From: the human T2T-CHM13v2.0 reference genome, Homo sapiens
Length of the DNA stretch: 64,000 nucleotides
Reading direction: 5' to 3' (one strand)
NCBI RefSeq assembly: GCF_009914755.1
Contig: NC_060939.1
Shown: positions 1 to 12,560 of the stretch, one piece after another
How the letters are laid out: every line of letters begins with the position of its first letter
Numbering within the stretch: position 1 is the first letter of the stretch
The notes under the pieces: generated by a model
What the model saw: the letters and a program-made list of their open reading frames with translations, nothing else
The model's database searches: none
Told to the model about the DNA's origin: nothing
Program-made: the position numbers and the translations under genes

Positions 1-588
1 CCTTACTCCTGCAAGAATGGCCATAATCAAAAAATATTAGATATTGGCACGGATGTGGTGAAAGGGAACACTTTTTACACTGCTGGTGGGAATGTAAATT
101 AGTACAACCACTATGGAAAACAGTATGGAGATTCCTTAAAGAACTAAAAGTAGATTTACCATTTGACCCAGCAAATCCCACTCCTGAGTATCTACCCAGA
201 GGAAAAGAAGTCATCATATGAACAAGACATTTGCACAGGCATGTTTATAGCAGTACAATTCGCAATTGCAAAAAAATATGGAGCCAGCTCAAATGCCCGA
301 GTAGATAAAGCATGATATATATATATATATACACATATATATACACATATATACATATATACATATATACACACATATATACACATATACACACATATAT
401 ACACATATATACACACATATACATATATACACATACACACACGTACACATATACACATATATACACACATATATACATATATACACATACATGCATAGAT
501 ACACATATATACATATATACACATATATACACACACATATATACATATATACACATATATACATATAGACACATGTATACACATATAT

Positions 589-635
<47 letters not shown>

Positions 636-997
636 GGAATACTACTCAGCCATAAAAAAGAACAAAATAATGGCAGTGGCAGCAACCTGGATGGAATTGG
701 AGACCATTATTCTAAGTGAAGTAACTCAGGAATGGAAAACCTGAGAACTTACAAGTTTTCACTTCTAAGTGGGAGCTAAGCTATGAGGATGCATAGGCAT
801 AAGAATGATAAAATGGACTTTGGGGACACAGGGGGAAGGGTGGGAGGGGGGTGAGGGGTACACATGGGGTACAGCGTACACTGCTTGGCGATGGGTGCAC
901 CAAAAATCTCAGAAATCACCACTAAAGAACTTATCTGTGTAACCAACCACCACCTGTTCCCTGAAAACCTATGAAATAAAAATTAAAAAAAAAAAAC
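1..997 (+). mobile_element. L1 3' end (L1PB-like), interrupted by a microsatellite
   Basis: ORF2-end sequence (gtacaaccactatggaaaacagtatggagattcc), G-rich 3'UTR tract, L1PB-type terminus ending aataaa + A tail. Confidence 0.9.
315..631. repeat. Compound (TA)/(CA)/(TACA) microsatellite
   Basis: About 315 bp of alternating purine-pyrimidine sequence ending in pure (CA)n. Confidence 0.98.
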
Positions 998-1232
998 AGT
1001 CTAGGAATACTGCTGCATAAACAGTTTTTCAAATGAAGTAGAGAACTGGCATTAGAAGATATTTTCTACTGTTTCTCCAATGCCTTAACTCTTCTTTCAC
1101 ACAAACCTCCACAATTAAAAAACTACTTCATACTCAAATAAAATCTACAAATATTGTAGCACGCCTAGAAAGAAGGCAGTTTTTCAGCATTTGAAATATT
1201 CAACTAATTATTCCAAAATATTTAAGAATTGA

Positions 1233-1531
1233 AGCAGGATGTGATGGCTCATGCCTGCAATCACAGCACTTTGGGAGGCTGAGGCGGGAGGATCACCTGA
1301 GCCCAGGAGTTTGCAATCATCCTGGGCAACACAGGGAAACTGTCTCCAAAAAATAATTTTAAAAATTAGCCGGATGTGGTGGCATGCCCCTGTGGTCCCA
1401 GTTACTCAGGAGGCTTAGGTGGGAGGATCGTTTGAGCCCGGGAGGTCAAGTCTGCAGTGAGCCATGATCATGCCACTGCACTCCAGCCTAAGTAACGGAG
1501 TGAGACCCCATCTCAAAAACAAACAAACACA
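1233..1531 (+). mobile_element. AluJ
   Basis: Dimeric Alu with J-type gagcccaggagtt; TSD aaaatatttaaga. Confidence 0.92.
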
Positions 1532-1719
1532 AAAATATTTAAGAGTGGTACCATGGCATCTTCCCTTGCGATAACAAAACTGAATCTACTTTGAAAATTA
1601 AGAGGGGACCCTAACTTTAAACAATAAAAGTGCTCCTGTCAATGTGGGTGAAAGTATAAATGTACTGGAAAATTAAAATCTTTATTTTTAAATGGAATAT
1701 TTCTATCATCTTTTATATT

Positions 1720-2420
1720 ATTTAGCACACACATGATACTATGCTTCAGGCATTATTTTAAGTACTTTTCAAATATGAGCTCATTAAAAACCCTCTGAGG
1801 TTGATGCTATCACTTCCCCCATTTTACACATAAGAAAACTAAGGCACCAGGAAAGAAAGTGATTTTCCCAAGTGGTAAAGATGAGATTCAGCTCCAGGCA
1901 GTCTGGGTCCCAAATCCATGTTCTTAACCACAATGTTGCTTACTCTCAGAAAGTAACATGCTCATGAAAGCCCAGTGTTTGACGCATAGTTAAGCATTTA
2001 ATAAAAATCTGTTCAACAAATAAAAGAAAAAATGGAGATGGCAAAAAGCAGAAAACCCATTACTCACTGTCTCAACATATCATTATGAGTATAGTGGTAT
2101 ACTTTCTGTCAGTGTTTTTTCTTGTTCACAGAGGGATTTGTTTTCCTTTAACACTCAGCATATGCAATTTTGAGAAAATAAAAAACCTTAAGATACTAGC
2201 CTCTTAGCATTTTTAGAATAACAGTTAAAAACTGAACACTTGTATATATGCATGACATATATTCTAATTTCACCTCACAACCCCATAAAGTAAGTACAAG
2301 TATTATCCTTATTTTACAAATGAGGAAACTGAAGCACAGTTAAGAAACTAACATAAAGTCACATGGCCAGGAAGTGGCTGAGCTGGTAAATTCAAATCCA
2401 GGCAGTGTGACTTCTGAACT
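1720..2420 (-). mobile_element. MIR fragments (about 1720-1935 and 2260-2420)
   Basis: MIR core cccattttaca..gaaactgaggcac and ccaggcagtctgg. Confidence 0.7.
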
Positions 2421-2480
2421 AGAATTCTTGACTATTCTTGGAGGGCAGGTTATGAGCTACTTGAAAGACAGTAATCGTGG

Positions 2481-2868
2481 TTTTTTTGTTTTGTTTTGTT
2501 TTTTGGTGTGTGTGTGTGTTTTTTTTTTTTTTTAGACAGAGTTTCGCTCTTTTTGCCCAGGCTGGAGTGCAATGGCACGATCTTGGCTCACCATGATCTC
2601 GGCTCACTGGAACCTCTGCCTCCCAGGTTCAAGTTATTCTCCTGCCTCAGCCTCCTGAGTAGCTCCTCAGCCTCCCAAGTGATTCTCCTACCTCAGCCTC
2701 CCGGGATTACAGGCATGCGCCACCACGCCCAGCTAATTTTGTATTTTTAGTACAGATGGGCTTTCTCCATGTGGGTCAGGCTGGTCTCGAACTCTCGACC
2801 TCAGGTGATCTGCCTGCCTTGGCCTCCCAAAATGCTGGGATTACAGGTGTGAGCCATCGCACCCGTCT
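2481..2868 (-). mobile_element. AluS (Sp-like) with internal micro-duplications and (TTTTG)/(TG) tail
   Basis: Antisense Alu; tttctccatgt..gtcaggctgg diagnostic. Confidence 0.92.
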
Positions 2869-4058
2869 GTGATCATGTTTTTACAAAGTGGTATGATTTG
2901 TTTGGCTTGGCCTAAAATGAGGATGTTACCTTACAGATTTATTTTGTTTTACACTAACTCTGACTTAAACAATGAAAATTTTTAATATCTTCAGCTTTCT
3001 TGAACAAGCTAAATAAATCTTCATGTCTTAAATTTTATAAGGGTAAAGTACCTTATTGAAATCTTTCATTCAACAAATATTTGAATATCCACTACTTGTT
3101 AGGAACTGTGCTAATAAGATACAGTCTTTGCACTCAATGCATTGGCTCTTTCCACTCAGCATATAAATATGCTCAGATTTCTCACAACTAATAAATACAA
3201 CACACTGGTCCATAAACCTGGATAATAGCTTTGTCGACTATTCGGAGGTAGAAATAAGAATGGAATCCTGCAATTACCTGCCCCCTATCCTACAAAGTAG
3301 ATACACCTGTTATTTTTCTTGTAGTTCCTGAAGAGTGACTGACACTTAAATAATTACTAGATAGGTGCTATTTGCCTGCCTCATGCCATACTACCACCTC
3401 TTATCAGCTGGCAATGAAAGCCTACCTATTTTTAATGCAAAGGGGTTGAAATTAAAATGTTTTACTAAAACTTTGGTTTACCAGGCTACATGTTGTAATT
3501 ATTTTTAAAATTCTAAAATTGTTATTTTGGGTTTGACTTTAATAACCAGATGATAAATGTGAATGTCTAAGACCACATGTGAAAGAAATAGTTAAAAAAA
3601 AAAAAAGGTGGGGCAAATTCACGGCAGATGGTAAGGCCAACCCTGCTTGATTTACAACCCTGCTTGTAAATGGAAACATTTGATTGTATGCAGTCTGAAG
3701 TTAAATCCTATTGATTGTGAAAAGGTAGCAGAGAGCCAAAAATTAAAAAGTCGAGGGCAGCAGAAACACTCCTCATCAGTTCACTGAGTGGCTTAATTGA
3801 TAGCCAATGACTACAGGCACAATTAACAACCCAAGACCTAATAATGGAAAGGAAGTAAGAACAGAAACAACCTCCGAAACTAATGTTAACATATGGAGAA
3901 ACTTCTACTGGTTGATAATTACTAGTGTGTACATAAAGCCTTGACAAGTTTCTTGACGCACACATGCTTACATCGGTGTTTAAATATAGCTGACACATAT
4001 TTGAGTTCATAGTTTCTCATGTCCACATTCTCTAATAAGCTTCATTAGTACTTCATAC

Positions 4059-4355
4059 CTTTTTTTTTAAATACAGTCTTGCGATGTCACCTAGGCTAGA
4101 GAGCAGTGGTGCGATCATAGCTCACTGCAGCCTTGAACTTCTGGACTCAAGTAATCCTCCTGCCTCAGCCACTTAAGTAGCTAAAACAGGCATGGGCCAG
4201 CACACCCAGCTAATACTTTTTTACTTTTTGTAAAGATGGGGGTTGGGGGTGGGTCTCACTACCCAGGCTGGTCTCAAATTCCTGGCCTCAAGTGATCCTC
4301 CCGCCTCATCCTCCAAAAGAGCTGAGATTACAGGCATGAGCCACCACACCCAGCC
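4059..4355 (-). mobile_element. AluJ
   Basis: Antisense Alu with J-type gatcatagctcactgcagccttgaac. Confidence 0.9.
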
Positions 4356-4559
4356 CCTAGTACTTTATATCTTTATCAGGTATGTGGCCTTCTACTGCTA
4401 TTCTCTTTTTAAGTCTGTAATTTGTCTTATAAATTTATGGAGGGAGTGATGTTAACCCCAAACATAACTTGGTATCTTGCAAATAATAGGTATTAAGTGT
4501 TTATTAATGATATGAAATCCACCCTATAACCACACCTCAGCCCTTATCATTATGTGGAA

Positions 4560-4975
4560 CTGCTCCTCCTTATCTCTCTGACTGGAATGCCCCATGGGCC
4601 AGTCCTTAAATTTCTTCTCTTCTCTAGCTACCCTCACTCCTCAGGTGATCTAATCTATACTGACAAGTCCCAAATGTAACCTGGACCATTCTTCTCTGAA
4701 CTCTAGATTCCCATGTTCAACTGCTGACTTAATATCTCTATTACTTAGCATGTCTATTAGACATCTCAAAAACTTAACCAGTCTAGAACAGAACTCCTAA
4801 ACTCTCCCCAAAAACCTGCTCTGCACCGTCCTCAAGTCTTCCTCATTTCTATTAATGACAACTCTATCCTTCCAGTTGCTCAAGTCAAAAACCTTGGAGT
4901 GATCCATTACTCTTTTCTTTTCACATTCTACAACCAATCCATCAGTAAATCTATCTGTATCAAAACATATCCAGT
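4560..4975 (+). mobile_element. L2 fragment
   Basis: L2-type ccagttgctcaagtcaaaaaccttggagt...aatccatcag. Confidence 0.65.
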
Positions 4976-5049
4976 TAGAGTCACAGACAATCAGTATATT
5001 TATATTTTTATATACAGAAATACAGATTTTTACATAATTGTACATGGAT

Positions 5050-6260
5050 ACGTGGATTAGTATACATACATGCATTTCCTAGTTCTTTCCACTGAGAAAG
5101 TCTAGGAGCAATGATACTCCACAGCAATGAGCACACTTAGCATCCAGATCTTGGCTTCAAAATATCATCCTCCAATGAAAGGAACCAAGGTTCCTTAGAG
5201 AAATAATTGATTCTAGGGCTGAGGTAGGAAAAAAAAACAAGATGAACCTGAAGCATGTGGTAGTGTCAGAGAATAAAGAAGTGTGCATGTACATACGCAT
5301 AAAAAAAGGATAGAAATATGCCAAAAAGACACAGAAGTAGACCTAAAAGAGATCCCAAGGGCCAAAACTGGAATAATTTGAGCAACAAAATAATGATAGC
5401 ATTTAATTCTAACACTAAGAATAAAATAAATATCTATGAATTTGAACTGAGATAAATGATTAGATAGAAGGGAAAACCTTCCTTATAGAAGAATTCTAAT
5501 TAATAAATGTAGAAAGAATGAGGAAAATTTAAAAAAGTACCTTCAGAAGCCACAGCAATAATTGCTGCAGGCAAGATCCACTAATGAATGCTAAAATTAG
5601 TGGGCAGAAACAGGATACTGGCAAAGCCTCAAAGTAGCTCTCTCAAAATATTTACCAATTACTGTGGTGGTTTTAATATATGTCCACAAATTCTTTTATA
5701 CTTCTCCCTCCAGGAAGTGGAGTTTAATTTCCATCCCTTTAAGTGTGGGCTACACTTAGCAACCTGTTTCTAGTGCACGGACTATGGGAAAGGAAAAATA
5801 GTAACTTTACAGTGGACAAACCTAGCAGAAACCACCGTAACAGAGTGCTCACAAGTGATAAATTATTTGATATCATGCACCTCCTGTATGAAATAATAGG
5901 GGCACTTCACCTTTGCAGTACTCTCCCCCAAAATCCATAACCCCAATCTAATCATGAGAAAACATCAGACAAACCTAAACTGAAGAACATTCTACAAAAT
6001 ACTTGTGTCAAGGTTATAAAAGATAAGAAAAGACCAAGAAACTGCCACACATTGGGAGAGACAAAGAAGACAACTAAAGCAATGCAATATCAAGGTTTGG
6101 ATAACAGAATGGAAAAAGAATACTAGAAAAACTGGTAAAATATTAAAGCAGTTTGAAGCTTGGTTGAAGCATCGTACCAATACTAATTTCTTAGCTTGAT
6201 AAATGCACCATGGTTATGTAGGATGTTAACATTAGAGGAACCCAGGTGAAGAGTATATAG
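5050..6260 (+). mobile_element. Old L1M (MC/MD-type) 3' region
   Basis: Characteristic ggaaccaagg..ccttagagaaat..gattctagggctg and ctaatcatgagaaaacatcagacaaacc segments. Confidence 0.7.
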
Positions 6261-6265
6261 CAGCA

Positions 6266-6566
6266 GTTTTTCTGTTTGTTTCTTTGAGACAGGGTCTTAC
6301 TCTGTTGCCCAGACTGGGGTGCAGTGGTGCAATCATGGCTCACTACAGCCTCTACCATCCAGGCTCAAGTGATCCTCTGACCTCAGCCTCCTAAGTAGCT
6401 AGGCCCACAGGCACATGCCACCACACCCGGCTAATTTATTATAGTTTTTAGAGATGAGGCCTCCCTATGTCGCCTAGGCTGGTCTTAAACTCCTGGGCTC
6501 AGACGATCTTCCCACTTCAGCCTCCCATAGTACTGGGATTACAGGAATAAGCCACCACACCCAGCC
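6266..6566 (-). mobile_element. AluJ
   Basis: Antisense dimeric Alu. Confidence 0.92.
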
Positions 6567-6569
6567 TGC

Positions 6570-6957
6570 ATTTTCTTTCTTTTCTTTCTTTCCTTCCTTC
6601 CTTCTTTCTCTTTCCTTCCTTTCCTTCTGTCTTTCCTTCCTTCTTTCCTTCTTTTTTTTTTTTTTTTTTTTGAGACAGGGTCTTGCTCTGTCACCCAGGC
6701 TGGAGTGCAGTGGCACAATCACAGTTCACTGCAGATTGAACCTCCCAGGCTCAAGTGATCCTCCCACCTCAGCCTCCTGAGTAGGTGGGACTACAGGTGT
6801 GCACCACCATGCCTAGCTAATTTTTTGTATTTTTTTTTTTTTTTTGTAAGCGACGGGGTTTCACCATTTTGCCCAGGCTGATCTTAATGTCCTGACCTCA
6901 ACCCACCTTGGCCTCCCAAAGTGCTGGGACTACAGGTATGACCCACTATGCCAGGCC
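6570..6957 (-). mobile_element. AluJ with (TTTC/TTCC)n tail at 6570-6670
   Basis: Antisense dimeric Alu preceded by a pyrimidine microsatellite. Confidence 0.92.
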
Positions 6958-7651
6958 CAATTACTGTATTTTCTATCTTATCCTCTGACTTGAAACGAAC
7001 ATGGTTTGGACAAGAAAGAATGGGCTTTGAATCCTGGTTCCATCACTTGACAGGGTGTGTCTGAATATGTTATTTAACCTTTCTAATCCTCAGTTTCTTC
7101 ATCTGAAGGAGAACAAAGGAAATAATATAAGGTAAATAACAAAATTGTTGAGTTAGTGTTAGGATCAGAATTAGGTATTAAAGTGTCTAGCACATAGGAG
7201 GTACTCCACAAATAGAAGCTAGTATTATTTGCTCTTCATTTGCTCTACAGCTTCACACTGACTTCTAGCATTTCATGCTCCTCATTTTCTCCCAACTGGA
7301 TCACCTCCTTACAGGCTTCCAGCTCATAATCCAGGAGGACTCCATAGTTCTTCAGTAGAGCTACAATACTCAATATCATTAATTCCCTCAACCAACTGTC
7401 CTTCAGATATCTCTACCAAACAGATATCTACAAAGCAGCAGATAACAGCCTGGGCAGAATTTAAACCCAAGCTGTTCATCTTACAAACAAGGAGAGTAAC
7501 AGTAACAATACATAACTCATAAGGTTCTTGAGAGTATTAAATAGTTTCTTCAGATAGTCTGATCACTCACTGCTGGAGAAAAATCAACCACGAAAATTGG
7601 TACTGCTACAAATGTGAGGTCTACAATCTGAAATAAACAGGTCCTCAATGC

Positions 7652-7719
7652 TAACTAACAATCCTTCTTCAGTTTCCTAGTCATGTAACTAACAATCCTT
7701 CTTCAGTTTCCTAGTCATG
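7652..7719. repeat. Perfect 34-bp tandem duplication taactaacaatccttcttcagtttcctagtcatg x2
   Basis: Copies at 7652-7685 and 7686-7719 are identical. Confidence 0.97.
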
Positions 7720-7861
7720 TGTCTGTTTACCTCTCTCTCCCTTACCTCCACCCCATCCACTGTTAGCCATTCCCTTGGAAGCCGTTTACAAAGAGTATGT
7801 ATAAACTACAGACTATCTTTTTTTCCATTCCTTTCACAGGGGTGGATTAATTTTACCTGGC

Positions 7862-8004
7862 TTTTTTGTTTGTGTGTGTGTTTTTTAAGAGATAGGGTCT
7901 CATTATGTTGCCCAGGCTGGCCTTCAACTTCTGGGTTCAAGCGATCCTCCTGCCCCAGCCTACTGAGTAGATGGGACTACAGGCACATGCCACAGCACTT
8001 GGCC
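7862..8004 (-). mobile_element. FLAM (free Alu monomer)
   Basis: Single monomer of about 130 bp, gagatagggtctc...cacttggcc. Confidence 0.85.
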
Positions 8005-9112
8005 TCACATACATTGTTTAAAAACTCCTATTCTACCACGTTCCCTTCACTCTTAGCAGATGATCAAAAATTACACAAGACATGTCATCAACTCTTCCTT
8101 CCTGCCCTGTCAGTTACAAACTTATTTACATTGCCATCCATCTCCTTCCTTTCTGCTCACTGGAAAAGTGAGACTACCTTCTACTTAAGACCAACTTCTC
8201 TGCCTACGCCCTGGATCCCATTCCTTATTACCTTCAAATCCTTGTCTCCATCCACCAGCCAGTCTCCCACGCCCACCAAACACACACATATACACTCTTC
8301 TTCAGTTTCTCCTCTCCAGTGGCTCTTTCCAGGCTCACATTAAGAATGTCCAAGATTCTCTAAATCCCAAGTATCTCCCCCTGCTTAAAGACTCCTTCAG
8401 AGTCCTTTGTTGAAAACATTGTACCCCTCTCAATTAGCTACACTTACAGTTGTCATTCACTTTTCAACACCCACCCCCATGCATTACAATGTAGCTAAGT
8501 GCTCTAGCTGAAGTTATAAAAGACATCCTAATCACCAAGTCTCAGAGACTTCATTAGGTCTTTATCTTACTTTTCCTTTTGGAGGCAGGATACAGTGTTG
8601 ACCACTCCTAGCCCTTGAAATAATATTCTCCCTCAGCTTCCATGACAAATCTCTATTTCCTTTTTTCATCTTTGGTCTGTCTGGCACAGATGGTTGGCTT
8701 CTCTTCAGCTGCTTGCCCAATCTACTCAGCGGATCACAACAGAAATGTAGGAATCATCCAAAATCTTCAATCTTGCTCAATTCTATAATCTAAATAGATT
8801 TATCCTGTCCCGTTAATAATACTTCCTAAATCTCTCATAGAGCCACTCCCTCTTCTACACTCTTCATCATTTCTCACCAGGAATAGCTTCCTAACTGGTC
8901 CTTGCTTCCAGTTTTGTCCCTCTCTAATTCAATATTCACTTCACTGTCAAAATGACAGGTCTAAAATACAAATCTGATTCTACCACAGCATAATTTTTTT
9001 TCCCCACTAAATCCCCGCAACTTTTGGAATTAAGTTAAAGTTATTAACTTGGTTCACAAGACAATCATTGATTTGGCTTATTACTTCATCCACCCCTGTT
9101 CTAAAGCTGTGC

Positions 9113-9438
9113 TGCTGCTGTCCACTCACCTGCAGCTATTGAGTATGTGAATGTAGTTGTCCAAATTGAGATGTGCTATAAGTGTAAATTACACACCAGA
9201 TTCTGAAAACAGTAGAAAATTATGCACCAGATTCTGAAGACAGTATGAAAATGGAAATGTCATATTTCAATATTACTTTTTATACTGAATGCATGTTGAA
9301 ATGATATTTTGGATATACTGAGTTTATATTATTAAAATTAATTTCACTTTTTACTTTTTAAAATTTGGTTACTAGAAAATTTTAAATTGTATATGTAACA
9401 TATTTGTGGCTTGTATTAAATTTTATAGGACAGCACTG
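9113..9438. mobile_element. MER33-like hAT-Charlie MITE
   Basis: TIR-like ends gctgtcca / ggacagcactg; internal aattgagatgtgctataagtgtaaa.tacacac. Confidence 0.75.
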
Positions 9439-12296
9439 GTATAAGATGTACTTTCCCTCTTTCTGGACCTAGTTAACTCTTACCTATTATTGAAGATTAG
9501 CTCAGGTAACACTCTAAGATGCATTCTAGACACCCTCCACCCATCCCCCCAAGTCTGAGTCAGCTACCCCTCCTCTGTGCTTCCATCCATAGGAATGTGT
9601 GCATGCCCCTGTCATACTATAATTATTGGTTATCACCTATCTTCTCCTCCTCAACTGTAAACTCCTTGCAAAAAGGAATCTCATATTCTATAATACTCAG
9701 GTCCTACCTACCACCATGCCTGGCACTTAAAAGGTACTCAAACATTTGTCAAACAAATGTAAACTATCTATTCCTGGCCTGAAGGTTACTAGGATTTCTA
9801 CTTCACTAAGGAAAACAAACCAGCCTTGAGGGAACCTAGAAAGTACCAGGAGCTTTAGTAATGAAAGGACTAGGAAGGAGAGTGGGGTGGGGGGATGCGG
9901 GGCGGGGGGGGAGGGGGGCAAGAGGTAGGAATCACAGTAAAGAGATCAGCAAATGACAGAATAACGCTCATCACACACATCTGCCTCTTACACTGAAAAC
10001 AGGGATTTGCAACACTGATATGGAGCCTTGTACTCACACTTGGCATGCCAGGGGCCACAGTTTGGTTACTAAATTACTTAAACAACCCATCCAACAAAAG
10101 GGTATGATTTGGCAGGTATCAACACAAATGGCTAGGGCCCAGCACCCGTTCCACTTAAACAGCACATCAGTACAGTTAAAAAGAACAACAAATCTCTCTC
10201 ATGAAGCAAATGCTAATCTCATGATGCTTCACCACGGAACAATTTAGAAGAGTTATTATATGAAATGTGCCAAAGCATGAATTTATAGCTGATGCTTATT
10301 TGGCAAATATGGTTGGCACTGCTAGATGTTGAAAAACATGTATGCAAATAAGCAAATAAAAGTTTTTAAGCTCTCAGACTTAAATATTTACATTACCATA
10401 AATGTACAAAGATAAATGTTTATATGAGTACACGTATAATGCATTCCAGGAACATATTTTTTAATGTGATTGTCGGCAAACAGTTATGAAGTGGCATTAT
10501 TTCTTCATGGGCCTTCAGGGTAGACTCTTAAAAATGAATTTTGAATGTTAATAGGCTACAAACATTATTGTGAAAGTTTCTGTATACTATCAACTGGATA
10601 AAACGAATAGTTGAGGTATCATAATAGTTCAAAGTGATCTTATCTTTTTCTTTCACCAAAACACTTCTCTTCCAACCCTAGAACACAGCCACACATAAAT
10701 TTTAGCCTCTAAGTTGGGACAGGAGATGGGGGGTAGTGAGGGAAAAGAAGGAACATACATTAAAAAGCCTTAAAGAAAATAATTTGACATTTTTTCCCAC
10801 ATAATGTAGTCATGTTAGAGAATCCAAAATAAAGACATGATAAAATATTTCCCTTTCCCCCCCGACAGCAATGAAAAGGGGATGTTTGTTTTTTCACATA
10901 GTTTGTGAGTTGGTCATATCCAAAATTCACTAGCAATGCTATGACTTCTACTTCCATTGTTCATCTCTGGGCTGAGGCTATAACCCTCAACTTTGAAGCC
11001 AAGAAAATGTACCATATCTGCCATTACAGTTTACTAAATAAGTCACCAAAGAGAAGTCCCAGGCAAGTCAGAAAGTAATTAGGGTCGTCAGTGAATTGAG
11101 CTATCTAGAAATGCTCTGAGATTACGAGAGAAGCCATCATGAAGTGAGTATCCAAGATTGCTCATGGAAAGTTTTACCCCGGTGGATAATTCACGTTTTT
11201 CACTTCCACACTGCAGAGAGCAATATGGGTTCTCTGACTATACACATCACTACATCACTTCATTTATCGGGGGAAAAAAAAAGACGCTGTGGCTGAACAA
11301 AAATCAGTAAGTAGGCCCCAAAACAGAATCCTCAAGGCAATCCCAATTCAGGTGAAAAGCTGTTCACGTACATCATCCAATGACCTAAAAATAGTCTTTT
11401 ATGTAAGTCTCTAAGTATTTAATTCAACGTATGATCTTACCACATTCAACAGAGGCAGAAAAAAAATGAATTAGGTTTTCTATAGCAAGGCCAATAAAGA
11501 TGAAATCATAGTTTTCCTCTAACTCATCACTACCCCCTCAACGTCAGCCTTCCAATAACTCCATTCCACAGCTCTCAAATTCCTGAACTTGGATCTTTAA
11601 AAAACAACGAATCGCAAAAAGTAACATTTAACAGGCCAGAGGCAGGCGGGGGAGGAGGGTCTCTCCCGGTGCTCTCAGCAATCTTTAACGTAGCCAAAGG
11701 AGGAAAAAACGAAATCAAGCTCCCAGACGGATGGTGCATGCGACGAGAGGGGAGGGGGCAGACGCGGTTCAGACGGCAAGTCCCCATCGAAGGAGGAAAG
11801 AAAAGTTGCAAGAACGGATGAGTCAAAGGGCAGAAAAGAAAAAAACTGAGCAGCCGAACCACTCACAACCCCCAAACGACCCCGCCAGCCCACACGTTCG
11901 CGGGCTCCCCAGCCGCGGCGCGAAGGGAGCAGGCAGGGAGCCACCCGGCTCCGTCCCGACGCTGCCGGCGAGGCTGCGCCGATGCTCCCGGGTGCGGGAG
12001 CGGGCTGACCGTGTGGACCCGGCAGGAGCCAGAGAAGCCCCTCCTGCCCCGGCCTCCCCGCGTCCAGCTCCTCCAGGCTTCACTTTCCCCCGCAACCTCC
12101 CAGCCGCGCCCGGGGGCGTCCCTCGCGGCAGGTCCCAACTTTCCTTCCTCTGGGGGGCGTCGCGCTCCCGGGGCCGCCGCCGAGGGAGGGGGCAGGGGCG
12201 GCAGGGGGCGCGCGGCACCGGCGGGGCGCGGGGGTGGCCGGGGAGCTAGAGCCCGCGCCGGGCGGGACGCACCGGCCGCCAGAGCCCCGGCGGCGG

Positions 12297-12338
12297 CGCC
12301 ACCCAGAACCCGCGCCGCCACCCAGAACCCGCGCCGCC
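12297..12338. repeat. Perfect 19-bp tandem duplication cgccacccagaacccgcgc x2
   Basis: Copies at 12297-12315 and 12316-12334. Confidence 0.95.
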
Positions 12339-12449
12339 CCGCCCGGATTCCCCCGGGTCAGCGCCCTCAACCCGCGGCAACCCTGGTCCCACAGACGGCG
12401 CGTGAGTAGAAGACAACCGAGCGGACGCGGACAGCCGGGCCGCTGTTAC

Positions 12450-12560
12450 CTGAGGGGCGCACACGCCGCCGCGGCGACCACCATCACCGTCCGTCCCGTC
12501 CCCTTCCTGGTGACCACGGCCGCCGCCGCCGAGCAACTGACACTGACTAACAACAACTAA
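12450..12560 (-). other. PEAK1: Non-coding first exon of the divergent gene, assigned to PEAK1 (SGK269); TSS approximate
   Basis: Minus-strand donor CAG|gtaaca at 12450/12449 inside the CpG island; Inr-like TCAGTT/TCAGTG at 12535-12546. The name rests on the known head-to-head PEAK1-HMG20A arrangement; no PEAK1 coding sequence is in the window. Confidence 0.75.

Noticed and set aside
192-719. Four overlapping 113-146 aa ORFs (CVCVYM / YTHIY repeats)
   Set aside because: Translations of the TA/CA microsatellite, which lacks stop codons.
11430-11870. Further minus-strand donor-like sites (GTG|gtaaga near 11440, GTT|gtgagt near 11866)
   Set aside because: Could be chance matches; no accompanying acceptor or TSS evidence can be established from sequence alone.
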